A stretch of 63,533 nt of DNA from a virus. Taxonomy: Duplodnaviria > Caudoviricetes. The notes below the pieces were generated by a model. That model saw only the letters and a list, made by a program, of their open reading frames with translations. It made no database searches and had not been told where the DNA came from. A program made the translations under genes and the position numbers. Below, one piece after another: positions 48,514 to 58,300 of the stretch. Each line of letters begins with the position of its first letter. Positions within the stretch are counted from its first letter, which is position 1. Where the stretch lies: positions 1 to 63,533 of the IMG/VR virus record IMGVR_UViG_3300020430_000014. One strand, 5' to 3'.

Positions 48514-48529
48514 GGTTTACCCCACATAC

Positions 48530-48563
48530 TTGACAAACTCCTAAGAGTCGAGTAGTATAAATA
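48530..48563 (+). promoter_or_regulatory. overlapping sigma70-like and T4 late promoters
   Basis: TTGACA(48530)-17-TAGTAT, with TATAAATA at 48556-48563. Confidence 0.65.
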
Positions 48564-48658
48564 CTTAACCTTTTTATTACAAAAGGTAACGGGATATGTC
48601 GAATCCCTACACATCTGCGGGTAACCATTCCGCAAGCAACTCAAAGGTATTAAACAAA

Positions 48659-49030
48659 ATGATCAAATCTGTATTCGCAGCAACTGCTGCTCTGTCTGTC
48701 TCCGCTGGTGCTGCTGTTGCAGGACCCTACGTGAACGTGGAAACCAATGCTGGTTTCGTTGGCTCAAATTACAGCGGAGCGACGACAGATCTCCACGTAG
48801 GCTACGAGGGTGCTCTGGGTGATGCTGCATCCTACTACGTCCAGGCGGGTGCTTCGGTTGTCTCTCCTGATGGCGCTGCAAGCGATACTGTTCCCTCTGG
48901 CAAAGCAGGTCTTGGACTTGCTGTGACTGATGATCTGGGGGCATATGGTGAGGTCTCCTTCATCGGATCTGGTGACGACTCCATCGACCGTGGATATGGA
49001 GCTAAGCTGGGTCTGAAGTACAACTTCTGA
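48659..49030 (+). CDS. small outer-membrane beta-barrel protein
   Basis: Signal peptide MIKSVFAATAALSVSAGAAVA; alternating strands; C-terminal GLKYNF. Confidence 0.8.
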   Translation: MIKSVFAATAALSVSAGAAVAGPYVNVETNAGFVGSNYSGATTDLHVGYEGALGDAASYYVQAGASVVSPDGAASDTVPSGKAGLGLAVTDDLGAYGEVSFIGSGDDSIDRGYGAKLGLKYNF

Positions 49031-49050
49031 TCTAATTCTCTGCTATACTG

Positions 49051-49077
49051 GAGGGGTCTTGAGACCCCTCTTTTTTT
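49051..49077 (+). terminator. rho-independent terminator
   Basis: gaggggtc-ttga-gacccctc then T7. Confidence 0.85.
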
Positions 49078-49257
49078 ATGCGCTTCCTTTGGCATCCACT
49101 CACACTATTCAATCTGGCGCTTGTAGGAACATTGGGATTCATTGAACTCCTCCATATCCAGGCTCACCGTACTTATGAACTAGATGTTCATGGTCATGCT
49201 CGTCAGTTTTGCAGAGCAAACCCAGATGAATGTAAGAGTTTCCTGTCAGACTATTGA
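49078..49257 (+). CDS. small membrane protein (59 aa, not in track)
   Basis: MRFLWHPLTLFNLALVG...DVHGH..FC..C. Confidence 0.55.
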   Translation: MRFLWHPLTLFNLALVGTLGFIELLHIQAHRTYELDVHGHARQFCRANPDECKSFLSDY

Positions 49258-49279
49258 TCTAAGTATAATTCACTACATG

Positions 49280-49315
49280 GGACCTCTTGACGGAGGTCCT
49301 TTTTTACTATATAAT
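49280..49315 (+). terminator. terminator with embedded sigma70 promoter
   Basis: ggacctc/gaggtcc stem plus T run; loop is TTGACG, 17 nt to TATAAT. Confidence 0.75.
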
Positions 49316-49342
49316 ATATGAAGATTTGTTACTGGAGGTAAC

Positions 49343-49579
49343 ATGACTGTAACACGCTCAAGCACCATCACAACTGAAGAAGGTGGACGCACAAATCTGT
49401 GGGCTACTGAACCACGTATGTATGTTGATAAAACCTCAGCAGAACGCTATGGTTACGAGACCTATGCAGAACGTGCAGAAAAACTGAATAGTCGCGTTGC
49501 GATGCTTGGTTTTGTTGCTGCTGTTATCTCTTATGCAACAACTGGTAGTCTCTTCTTCTTCGGAGCATTCGGTATCTGA
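49343..49579 (+). CDS. hli: high-light-inducible protein
   Basis: AEKLNSRVAMLGF chlorophyll-binding motif; GGAGG SD. Confidence 0.9.
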   Translation: MTVTRSSTITTEEGGRTNLWATEPRMYVDKTSAERYGYETYAERAEKLNSRVAMLGFVAAVISYATTGSLFFFGAFGI

Positions 49580-49581
49580 TC

Positions 49582-49812
49582 ATGATTGAACTTTTGACGC
49601 AGACTGAGTTTTCTTGGGCTGCCAACCACACTATTGCAGAATTCCTTGCGGGTTATGTGTTTGGTGCGGCACTTATTATTGGAGCACCTGGTGTGTTTTT
49701 CTTTATTGCCTTCATGGCAGCACTGCAAAACACTAAGGGTCGCATGGTTGGTTATAAAGACCACAAGACCTATGGCGATTCCACTATCTACGAAGTAAAT
49801 CGAACAACTTGA
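49582..49812 (+). CDS. membrane hypothetical protein
   Basis: WAANHTIAEFLAGY plus TM. Confidence 0.65.
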   Translation: MIELLTQTEFSWAANHTIAEFLAGYVFGAALIIGAPGVFFFIAFMAALQNTKGRMVGYKDHKTYGDSTIYEVNRTT

Positions 49813-49897
49813 TTCAGACCGATACACCTTATAAATTAGCGGAGATAATCCGCAATACTTGGCCACAACTATTTTATTTAAAAAGGAGCAAAGAACA

Positions 49898-50005
49898 ATG
49901 TCAGAACGCGCAGAAAGAATCAACGGATGGGCAGCAATGCTCGGAGTGATTGCAGCGATTGGTAGCTACGCAACCACAGGACAAATTATCCCAGGTATCT
50001 GGTGA
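49898..50005 (+). CDS. hli: high-light-inducible protein (35 aa, not in track)
   Basis: MSERAERINGWAAMLGVIAAIGSYATTGQIIPGIW; AAGGAG SD. Confidence 0.93.
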   Translation: MSERAERINGWAAMLGVIAAIGSYATTGQIIPGIW

Positions 50006-50142
50006 TATATAATTGGACGCTACTACAAACGTTGATCTTCATCATCACCCCATTCTTCTTAATGCTTGCATTGACTAGTGGGGAAGATGATGATGACAAT
50101 GGACCAGATAGTGGTATAATGACACCAGTATTTGACTACTAA
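50002..50142 (+). CDS. small membrane protein
   Basis: GTG start overlapping hli stop; TM then EDDDDNGPDSGIMTPV. Confidence 0.45.
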   Translation: MIYNWTLLQTLIFIITPFFLMLALTSGEDDDDNGPDSGIMTPVFDY

Positions 50143-50143
50143 T

Positions 50144-50689
50144 ATGCAAATGGAATTGAGAGTTCCACAAGTTAATATAACCTTCCGTAAAGAAGGACCT
50201 TGCTTGACTTGCGGAGAGTTTGAAACTGTTAACACTGTTGACTTGTTCCAGGGCAAAAGAGTTCTTGCATTTGCTCTTCCTGGAGCATTCACTCCTACGT
50301 GTACAACTCAACAACTTCCTGGATATGAATCCTTCTATGATCAATTCCAGGAATTGGGTATTGATGAAATTTACTGCATCTCTGTAAACGATGCCTTTGT
50401 CATGAATGCCTGGGCAAAAGAGTTGGGAATTCAAAAAGTAAAAATGATTCCTGACGGAAATGCAGACTTTACCCGTAACATGGGCATGCTTGTCTCAAAG
50501 GGAAATCTTGGTTTTGGTAATCGCTCTTGGCGATATGCAATGGTTGTTGATGATGGACTGGTTGAATGGATGACTGTTGAACCAGGACAAAAATCCAATT
50601 CAAAAGAAGATCCTTATGGCATGACAACACCAGAAGAACTTCTTAAATATCTTGAAAGGTATGCACAGAAGCGACCAGTTAATTTCTAA
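50144..50689 (+). CDS. peroxiredoxin (Prx5 / type II)
   Basis: FALPGAFTPTC, ISVNDAFVMNAW, PDGNADFT, RSWRY. Confidence 0.92.
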   Translation: MQMELRVPQVNITFRKEGPCLTCGEFETVNTVDLFQGKRVLAFALPGAFTPTCTTQQLPGYESFYDQFQELGIDEIYCISVNDAFVMNAWAKELGIQKVKMIPDGNADFTRNMGMLVSKGNLGFGNRSWRYAMVVDDGLVEWMTVEPGQKSNSKEDPYGMTTPEELLKYLERYAQKRPVNF

Positions 50690-50734
50690 AATTACTAAAT
50701 AAATACATCTAGTAAAGATATTCGGACAACAACA

Positions 50735-50929
50735 ATGGCTCTTAACGAACCCACATTAGCACGACTGAGAAAAATTGCCGCTGCTGTTAAGGCGGGCGAT
50801 ACCGTGTCCGAGATGAATCTCACATGGGCACAGAAGAACGCACTTCATGACGAGACTGCAGCAGCAGATCTCAAGTCAGCAGGCAAGTATATCGAAGCAA
50901 AAGAACAGGAAGACACAACAGAAGTCTGA
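50735..50929 (+). CDS. hypothetical protein
   Basis: CTAAATAAATA upstream; terminator downstream. Confidence 0.6.
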   Translation: MALNEPTLARLRKIAAAVKAGDTVSEMNLTWAQKNALHDETAAADLKSAGKYIEAKEQEDTTEV

Positions 50930-50964
50930 TTCTTAATTAAAAACTTTATAACTAATACATCATC

Positions 50965-50990
50965 TAAGTCCCTCTATAGGGACTTTTTTT
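50965..50990 (+). terminator. rho-independent terminator
   Basis: aagtccct/agggactt then T run. Confidence 0.7.
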
Positions 50991-51281
50991 ATGAATTTAT
51001 TTTTAAGACCATTGGAAGATCCTAATGGTGTAACGTGGAGCATCATCTGGAGTATAGTCCTTCTCCTTATTGGAGTTGTATATGTTATTGCATATATACT
51101 AAGAATTGATGAGATGGAGGCACAAGAGCATGGGAGCCATGACACCGCCGAGCAGGAAGAGTTGCTACAACTTCAGAGTGATCGAGATCAACAGAGTAGT
51201 GGACGGGGACACGATAGATGTGACGATAGATCTGGGATTCGATCTTCACAAGAAGGAGAGAGTGAGGATAGCGGGAGTTGA
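50991..51281 (+). CDS. small membrane protein overlapping the nuclease gene
   Basis: Single TM; 3' half overlaps the next gene. Confidence 0.5.
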   Translation: MNLFLRPLEDPNGVTWSIIWSIVLLLIGVVYVIAYILRIDEMEAQEHGSHDTAEQEELLQLQSDRDQQSSGRGHDRCDDRSGIRSSQEGESEDSGS

Positions 51282-51588
51282 TACTCCAGAGAAGAGGACC
51301 AGAGACCTTGATGAGAAGGAACTGGGTATCGATGCTACCAACTGGATGAAGGAGAAACTAGAAGGTGCTATTCATGGGGATGATGATCTCGTCATTAGAA
51401 CTGAACTGGTTGGTGGTATGGGTAAGTACGGTCGCCTTCTTGGTTGGTTATATATTGGAGATTCAGAAGTATCGTTAAATGAGCAAATGATTGACGAAGG
51501 GTACGCTTGGGAGTATGATGGAGGAACCAAGCAAAAAAACTTTGAAGAACTTCGGGAGATCCGCAGGGCACATGGGACACTTGTTTAG
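51130..51588 (+). CDS. thermonuclease (SNase-like)
   Basis: RVVDGDTIDV, RIAGVDTPE, GKYGRLLG. Confidence 0.88.
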   Translation: MGAMTPPSRKSCYNFRVIEINRVVDGDTIDVTIDLGFDLHKKERVRIAGVDTPEKRTRDLDEKELGIDATNWMKEKLEGAIHGDDDLVIRTELVGGMGKYGRLLGWLYIGDSEVSLNEQMIDEGYAWEYDGGTKQKNFEELREIRRAHGTLV

Positions 51589-51838
51589 TATTTTATTTGC
51601 AGTAACTCTGTGGGTACAAGTCCCTCAGTGGTCTGATAATTGGTCTACTTGTGCTGTTGATGTTCCCGATACCTCTTGCCATTGGTATATCGTAAATGCT
51701 GATAATACCTTTGGTGAAGGATTTGACTGGGAAACCGCACCTTGGTTTGATGTAAATGGTTTGCAGGACATTGCCAATCTTCATGATGAGGTTGTTAGTG
51801 ATGGTAAACAGTATACTGTTGAACATCTGCAAGGTTAA
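51572..51838 (+). CDS. exported hypothetical protein
   Basis: Hydrophobic N-terminus; VPQWSDNWSTCAVDVPD. Confidence 0.6.
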   Translation: MGHLFSILFAVTLWVQVPQWSDNWSTCAVDVPDTSCHWYIVNADNTFGEGFDWETAPWFDVNGLQDIANLHDEVVSDGKQYTVEHLQG

Positions 51839-51888
51839 AAAATAATGAAGTCTACTAAATAAAACACAAGCAATTTTTATGGAGGGAC

Positions 51889-52383
51889 ATGAAGAAACTT
51901 CTTCCCTTGGTAATGTTATTGATGACCGCCTCTGCAGCAAATGCTGGCGGATTAGTTCATAAGATGTCTTCCAGTGTTCAATTGACTGTTGATACTGCTA
52001 GATCTACCGCAACAAGGTTAGGATCCCAGTACAGCATTTCTGGATCAAATGTTGGTACTACAGACGGTAGTACAGCAAATACCATTTCTGCTGGAACTAT
52101 TGCTTCTGGTGTTTACTCCCCAGGAACTATCTCTGCAACTCAAGCAACTGCTGGAGAAGCATTCTCCTTTAGCACCTCTTACTTACAAGGAGATGCCGTT
52201 CCTACTTCAGCTCCTTCTGTAGGTGCTGTTGGCAACTTCGGTTCAATTACAAGTTATGCATCAGGAACTGCTGGTGACCTGGCAGGTACAATTGCAACAG
52301 ATGGTGGTATTACTTTGACGGCTGGTGGAGCTGGAACAAGTGCTGTAGGCCAATTTGTTTCTGAAATCACTGTGATCGACTAA
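51889..52383 (+). CDS. exported Ser/Thr/Gly-rich protein
   Basis: Signal peptide MKKLLPLVMLLMTASAANA; CTAAATA upstream. Confidence 0.75.
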   Translation: MKKLLPLVMLLMTASAANAGGLVHKMSSSVQLTVDTARSTATRLGSQYSISGSNVGTTDGSTANTISAGTIASGVYSPGTISATQATAGEAFSFSTSYLQGDAVPTSAPSVGAVGNFGSITSYASGTAGDLAGTIATDGGITLTAGGAGTSAVGQFVSEITVID

Positions 52384-52398
52384 TAATGGAGAATCCTC

Positions 52399-52875
52399 GT
52401 GAACATCCGTTTTGGAAAGACAATCACATCTATTGTGACAAGTGCGGCGGTAGTCTTGAGTACTGCTGCCGCTGTCCAGGCGGTCCCCGTGGTCCCGAAC
52501 TTCACTCAGGGCTCGATGACCAGCCACACAGAAACGACCAGTAAGGTCACTGAAACGATAAACTCTATAGATTATTCAACAGGATGGCAATACTCAGTAA
52601 GTGGCACCAACGTGTCAAACAATGGGGCGGCACTTCTACCTCCCACAACGAACAACAGCGTCGTGGTAAATCCTCTGGGAGGAACAGAAGGAACAGTAAC
52701 AAGTTCCGCAACTGGATTGAACTTCAACAACTCCAATTTTACAATCACAAATCCTGGAGCAGCGTTCCAGTTCACCAGCACCTACCAGGGTCCTGGCGTA
52801 ACGAATCAGACTGTGATTCAAAGAGTCACAGAGGTCCAAAGCGTGACCGACACAACAAGTATCTTTACCCAATAA
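52399..52875 (+). CDS. exported Thr/Asn-rich protein
   Basis: Signal peptide then VPVVPNFTQGSMTS. Confidence 0.75.
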   Translation: MNIRFGKTITSIVTSAAVVLSTAAAVQAVPVVPNFTQGSMTSHTETTSKVTETINSIDYSTGWQYSVSGTNVSNNGAALLPPTTNNSVVVNPLGGTEGTVTSSATGLNFNNSNFTITNPGAAFQFTSTYQGPGVTNQTVIQRVTEVQSVTDTTSIFTQ

Positions 52876-53888
52876 GAATATGTCTATCTGCTCTGACTGT
52901 GGTTGCGAGTGTCCCTGCAAATGCAGCGGATGTTGGGGGTGTGAGTGCAACGGCAAATCCAATTGCAAATAGCTCAGGCTCGGTGACCAACCAGGCAATC
53001 CAGGTTTTACAAGGCCCATATATTACTAATACTTATGGGGGTGGGATCAGTTGCCAAGGTCCCACTATGAATTTTACCCCCTATGTCACTCATGCTAGAA
53101 ATAACAAGGATCCCTTTGAGACGTATTATTTTGAACCTCAATATGACAATAGGGACTTTGAGGGTCGCATGGTGGAAGTTCAAAAGAATGTAAAAAACTT
53201 TCCTTGGGAAACTTGGTATGATGATAGAACTTATACCAACTCAGAAGGTGAGACAGTAAGAGCATATGAAGATGGTGCAGATATGACCATCACAGTTATG
53301 GAGATGCAAGGAGATGGAGTGCCTGATAATCCAGGTAGCAAACTCTGGGATAAACCGATAAGGACTGGTCAGACTAGGAACTACAGCACTAATATTGGAT
53401 TCTCTGCAACGATGTCCTTCCCACTTGATGGTGGGTTGCAGGAGCGTTGTAAGCAAGCAGCAGAGACTCAGATTGCATTGCAAACACAATTAGTTGCTAA
53501 CAAGCGCCTCGACTTTGAGCTAGCCAGACTCAAGAATTGTGGAGATTTGATGAAGCAAGGGATACGATTCCATCCTAGAAGTCCTTATGCAAAAATATGT
53601 GCGGATGTTATGGTTCAAAATGTAACTTACATTAAACCCCATGTTCATTCTATTCCACCTACTTCTTCAAAGGGCGAACAGAGCGCATTGCCTTCACAGC
53701 CTGGTTCCTCTGACGCTGCTCAGCAATCCTCTCAGCAGAGGACTGTGGCGGGATCTTCTTACCCCGTAAGGTCGCAATCTTCTTCATTACCTTCTTCACA
53801 GTCGGCTTCACCACTTTTAACAGAAGGTCAGCAAGAGGTTTTGCGAGCAGTGCCGAGGTCGTTGCCACCACGGCGATTGATGCCGTAG
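52584..53888 (+). CDS. exported hypothetical protein, start uncertain
   Basis: Signal-like segment at ~52850-52925, then ANPIANSSGSVTNQAIQ, RLDFELARLKNC. Confidence 0.65.
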   Translation: MAILSKWHQRVKQWGGTSTSHNEQQRRGKSSGRNRRNSNKFRNWIELQQLQFYNHKSWSSVPVHQHLPGSWRNESDCDSKSHRGPKRDRHNKYLYPIRICLSALTVVASVPANAADVGGVSATANPIANSSGSVTNQAIQVLQGPYITNTYGGGISCQGPTMNFTPYVTHARNNKDPFETYYFEPQYDNRDFEGRMVEVQKNVKNFPWETWYDDRTYTNSEGETVRAYEDGADMTITVMEMQGDGVPDNPGSKLWDKPIRTGQTRNYSTNIGFSATMSFPLDGGLQERCKQAAETQIALQTQLVANKRLDFELARLKNCGDLMKQGIRFHPRSPYAKICADVMVQNVTYIKPHVHSIPPTSSKGEQSALPSQPGSSDAAQQSSQQRTVAGSSYPVRSQSSSLPSSQSASPLLTEGQQEVLRAVPRSLPPRRLMP

Positions 53889-54453
53889 TTGTTACAGCAC
53901 CAGCGTTAGGAATGTTTCCAATAATCTGATCAGGAATACTAAGTTGTTCTGTAACCATCAAACATTCCTTACCAACCATCTCATAACCAGTAATTTTTTT
54001 ATTACCCTCTAGGATTTTTCCTACGGGGTTTTTTAATTGCTGTTCTCTAGTAGGACACTCTGGTTTTGGTGCTGTTGATTTTGGAACTTCTGGTGTTGCT
54101 GGTGGTTTGGGTTCGGGAGGTTCTGGTGATTTTACTGGTGGAGGTTTTGGTGCCTCTTGATTATTTGTGTATTCTAATTTATTTCTGTCGTAATCTATAG
54201 GATAAAAACTTGGTGTTCCTGCATCACAAAGGGTCATCACTCCATCAGGATCTTCATCCTTGAGTGTTGTATTCTTTCTACTTTCTTTATGTGCTTCCAC
54301 ACATCCAGGAATATTGACAATCGGCGTACCCACCTGAGTTGTTACAGGTGGGTATATTGGTATTGCCATTGGGGGATTTGTTGTCGCCCAATCGGGTGCA
54401 TAAGTTTGGATATCAATATTATTAATACCAATAGGTCTAATTTCCATTAGCAA
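53659..54453 (-). CDS. Pro-rich hypothetical protein
   Basis: GTPIVNIPGCVEAH; hydrophobic segment near the C-terminus; likely start 54447. Confidence 0.7.
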   Translation of the reverse strand: MLMEIRPIGINNIDIQTYAPDWATTNPPMAIPIYPPVTTQVGTPIVNIPGCVEAHKESRKNTTLKDEDPDGVMTLCDAGTPSFYPIDYDRNKLEYTNNQEAPKPPPVKSPEPPEPKPPATPEVPKSTAPKPECPTREQQLKNPVGKILEGNKKITGYEMVGKECLMVTEQLSIPDQIIGNIPNAGAVTTTASIAVVATTSALLAKPLADLLLKVVKPTVKKVMKKIATLRGKKIPPQSSAERIAEQRQRNQAVKAMRSVRPLKK

Positions 54454-55070
54454 TCATTAAATACACTACCAACTTGTGATCCTAATTCGGATCCTGCTTT
54501 CTGTCCTAGAAGCAATGCCCAACCACCTGCTAACCAACCCACGTAGGGGATGCTAGCAACGGCAGGAACGGCGACTCCAGCAGCGATAGCACTACCTGCC
54601 ATCGCACCTTGTGATCGTGCTCCAGCGTCCGCCGCGATACACTCTGCGCTGGCACCTCCTGTCTTTCCCAACTCTCCTACATCACCTCCCATGTTCCTTA
54701 CACCTTCCATAGTATATTGATCACGACGATACTCAGTTCGCTGCTCAGATCCTCCGCCAAAGAGTCCTCTCTTATCTTTGTCAAGATCTAGAGATCTTTC
54801 GGACTCTAAAATTTTAGGATCATTTGCACGATACTCAATCGTGTATCCATCCTTACCTGCCTGAATTTTGTAAGACGAGTAAGGACCACGGGGAAGATTG
54901 ACTATAGGAGCTGATGGAGGTTCTGCCTTCCTATCAATCAAGTATCCCAGAAGACCTAGGTGTGAGATAGCAAATAAAGCACCAGCAGTGGTGATAATTA
55001 TTTTCCATCCAGATGGTTTCTTTGATTCTGAAGTTGGTGTAGCGTTGCCTTCTTGTTCTTGTGTGCTCAT
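54447..55070 (-). CDS. membrane protein with glycine-zipper-like C-terminus
   Basis: TM, YRANDPK, SIPYVGWLAGGW. Confidence 0.7.
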   Translation of the reverse strand: MSTQEQEGNATPTSESKKPSGWKIIITTAGALFAISHLGLLGYLIDRKAEPPSAPIVNLPRGPYSSYKIQAGKDGYTIEYRANDPKILESERSLDLDKDKRGLFGGGSEQRTEYRRDQYTMEGVRNMGGDVGELGKTGGASAECIAADAGARSQGAMAGSAIAAGVAVPAVASIPYVGWLAGGWALLLGQKAGSELGSQVGSVFNDC

Positions 55071-55297
55071 GGTAATTGTGGGATAGCAGGACCAGTTGTG
55101 CTTGGCAGTTCAGGCATTGAACTATCCATCATTGATGGAAGTGCCCCTGCAATTGCTTCAGTCGCTGCTTTAGTTATATTTTCCCTGGCATTCTCTACTA
55201 GAACATCTTTGTTAAGATAGAGATAACCAGCACCAGCAACAACGGAGAGAGATACAAGACCAGACGCAAGCGCGATGACATTGATTATTTTTTGCAT
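55067..55297 (-). CDS. small membrane-anchored protein
   Basis: MQKIINVIALASGLVS; CTAAATAAAT on - strand upstream. Confidence 0.7.
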   Translation of the reverse strand: MQKIINVIALASGLVSLSVVAGAGYLYLNKDVLVENARENITKAATEAIAGALPSMMDSSMPELPSTTGPAIPQLP

Positions 55298-55388
55298 GGT
55301 ACGAACATAGTATACGCATTTATTTAGATGACATAGTTACGAAATTACGGTATAATAAATATTACCATAGACGTAATTTGAGATATTA

Positions 55389-58300
55389 ATGGGCACCTTC
55401 AGGAAGTCTCTTAAATTGGGGAAGAAATCCAGACAAATTGAAGAGAATTTAAAGAAGCTGGATAAGGAATTAGAAAAGACAGGTGCTCTCAACGAGACTG
55501 CCAAGACTCCTGCTGCGCCTGTAGAGGAGCAGAATCGGAAGTTTGATTGGCGCAGGGAATTTTTCCCTGAGAAAGATCAGTATGAAATGGTTAATCTTCT
55601 TTATGAAGAGCGCCAGCAGAAGCTGAAAGAAGCAATTGGTGAAGAGAAGATTAAAATTGCAGAAGAAGTTGAGAGTCTTAGAGAGGCAGTAGAGAAGAAG
55701 AGAGAACTTAAGCAACTTCAAAAGGTAGATCAGCACCTTGCAAACATTGATGTCGAGTTCTATAAACTGCGTGACGATCTTGTTGAGAATATCAACGAGA
55801 GCATGTTCCCCAACATCCCTGCTATTGAGGAGAAGTTGGATGAAATCCTCACGGTATATGGCAAGTTAAGTGATAGAATCTCTGAGGGATTCCTTAACGA
55901 ACCAAGTGGATCTGCTCAAGGTGGAGACCCACTTGCCAAAACTGATTTTGTAACTTTTGATCAGTTAAAGCAACACTATTCTCTGTACCTGGATAGGATC
56001 TCTACACAACTTGCTACTCTTGGTGGCGGTGGTGAAGTAGAACTGAAGTATCTTGATGACGTTGTTGGTATTGCAACTAATGCTGCTGCCTATGATGGTA
56101 AGTATCTGAAGTACAACCACGCATCTAAGAAATTTGAGTTCTCTGATGTTGGTCCTATTGGTATCACAACAGAACTTCAGACTCTGAACAATGTAATGGG
56201 TCTGGGTAATACTTCTAACCTCGGAATGAGTGTTGGTGTATCTACCTTCGCTGATAGTGTTACTGTTGGTGGTGCAACCACTGCTCTGGTAGTTGAAGGT
56301 GATGTAAGAGTAGTTGGTGTATTAACTGTTGGTTCTGGTTCTATCACTATCGATGGTGATAATGACACCATTGGGATGGGTACACATGCCCTGACTGTTG
56401 CTAAAGTTGCTCTTCTGGATGATCTGGATGGAGATACTGCAGATTTTGCTGGGGACGTAAAAGTTGTTGGTGTTCTCACAGCACTGTCCTTAGACTCTTC
56501 TAATGTATCTGTTGCAGGTTCTGTCACAGGCACAACCTTCTATGGCACAACATACTATGGTGATGGATCTAATTTAACTGGTATTAATGCTGTTGGTGTT
56601 GGTACAACTACAATTAGCACCGAGTCTATTACAGTAACTGGTGTTGTAACTGCTGGACAATTTAAGAGACCTGATGGTCTTGCTACACAGTTCCTTAAAG
56701 CAGATGGATCTGTTGATGCTAATACTTATCTGACTGCTGAAGCGCAGAATCTTGATGGTATCCTTGCACTTGGTAATACCACAACTCGTGGTATGAGTGT
56801 GGGTGTTCTGACCGCATCATCCTTCGTTGGTGATGGTTCTGGTCTGACTAATCTTGTATTTACTGGTGGTGATATTGTATTCACGGGTATTACTACCTTT
56901 AATACAAATGCTCTCTTTGGTGATAACAGAAAAGCGGTCTTTGGTGCAGGAAATGATCTGCAAATCTTCCATGATGGTGCAGACTCTTACATCTCTGAAC
57001 TTGGAACAGGTAAGTTAATCCTGAATACCAATGGTCCAAATATTGAACTTAAGTACAACAACGCAGAGTTTGCTGCTAAGTTCAATCAAGACGCTGGTGC
57101 TCTGTTCTATTACAACAATCTCAATAAGTTAGAGGTTCTTGGTACAGGTGCAACCACATACGGAACTCATTATGCGACTTCCTTTGTTGGTGGTGGTTCT
57201 GGTATCACAGGTATTACTACTGCACAGATTGTAGACTTTGGTAATGTTGTCTTTGGTATTGGCAGTAGCACAAACGTCAATACTACAGGATCGATTACTG
57301 CTGGTGAATTCTATGGTAATGGTGCAAACTTAGCAGGTATTGCAACTCCTGCATATGTTGATGCTGCTGTCGCTGGCATCGTCTCGTCGGCACCAGAAAC
57401 TTTAAATACACTCAATGAGTTAGCTCAGGCACTCGGGGATGACCCTAATTTTGCAACTACAACCACCAATCTGATTGGAACAAAGGCATCTCTTGCTGGT
57501 GCTGCTTTTACTGGATCTGTTACGGTATCTAATGGATATCTCAGCGTTGGTTCTACAATGCTGTCTCAGTCCAGATTGTATGCAAAAGAGAGAGTTTATA
57601 TTGGTGCGAATGAGAATATTCAACTGTATCAAGTAGAAACTGGTAATCCAGTATTCGCAACTTCTAGTTATCTTGATCTTGCTGCTGGTGGTAGTGCAGG
57701 ATCTAGTGGATTTATCAGGCATGGTAATAGAGATGGGTTTTATGGCGGCGAACTTACAATCTCCAACGCTGGTAATTTAAAGTCTGCTGTATTCAATAGT
57801 GGATGGGGAGGAGTAGATCTTTATCATTGCATTTCTGGTAACTCCCCAACCCTTAGATTCTCTACCACTGCAACTGGTGCTGGTGTTGTTGGTATTCTGA
57901 CAGCAGATCGTATGGTAGGTGCTGCTACAAGCAACCTAATTCCATTCCTTTATGCTGATCCAAGTGCTCTTCCCAATCCTGGGGACTACCATGGTGCATT
58001 TGCTCATGTTCATTCTACTGGTGGAGCATACTTTGCACATGCAGGAGCTTGGATAAGACTTGTTCAATATGATACTACTGAGGGTAATGTCTCTATTGGC
58101 ACTGCTAACTTTACTACTAGTGGTAACATCGGAGCAGGTATTGTAACTGGTACTAGTGCTGAGTTCCGTAATCTTAGAATTGGAACTTTTGGTACGAATA
58201 ATATTTACGGTGTCAGTGGTCCTCTGTACCTTGACTCTGAGCATGGTGAAGTTGATGTTGTAAATAACTTCCATGTCAATGGTGTCAGTACATTCTCTGG

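Noticed and set aside
49813-49897. PhotoRC-type RNA motif before the short hli
   Set aside because: Only one small hairpin (gcgga/tccgc) is evident, which is not enough to call.
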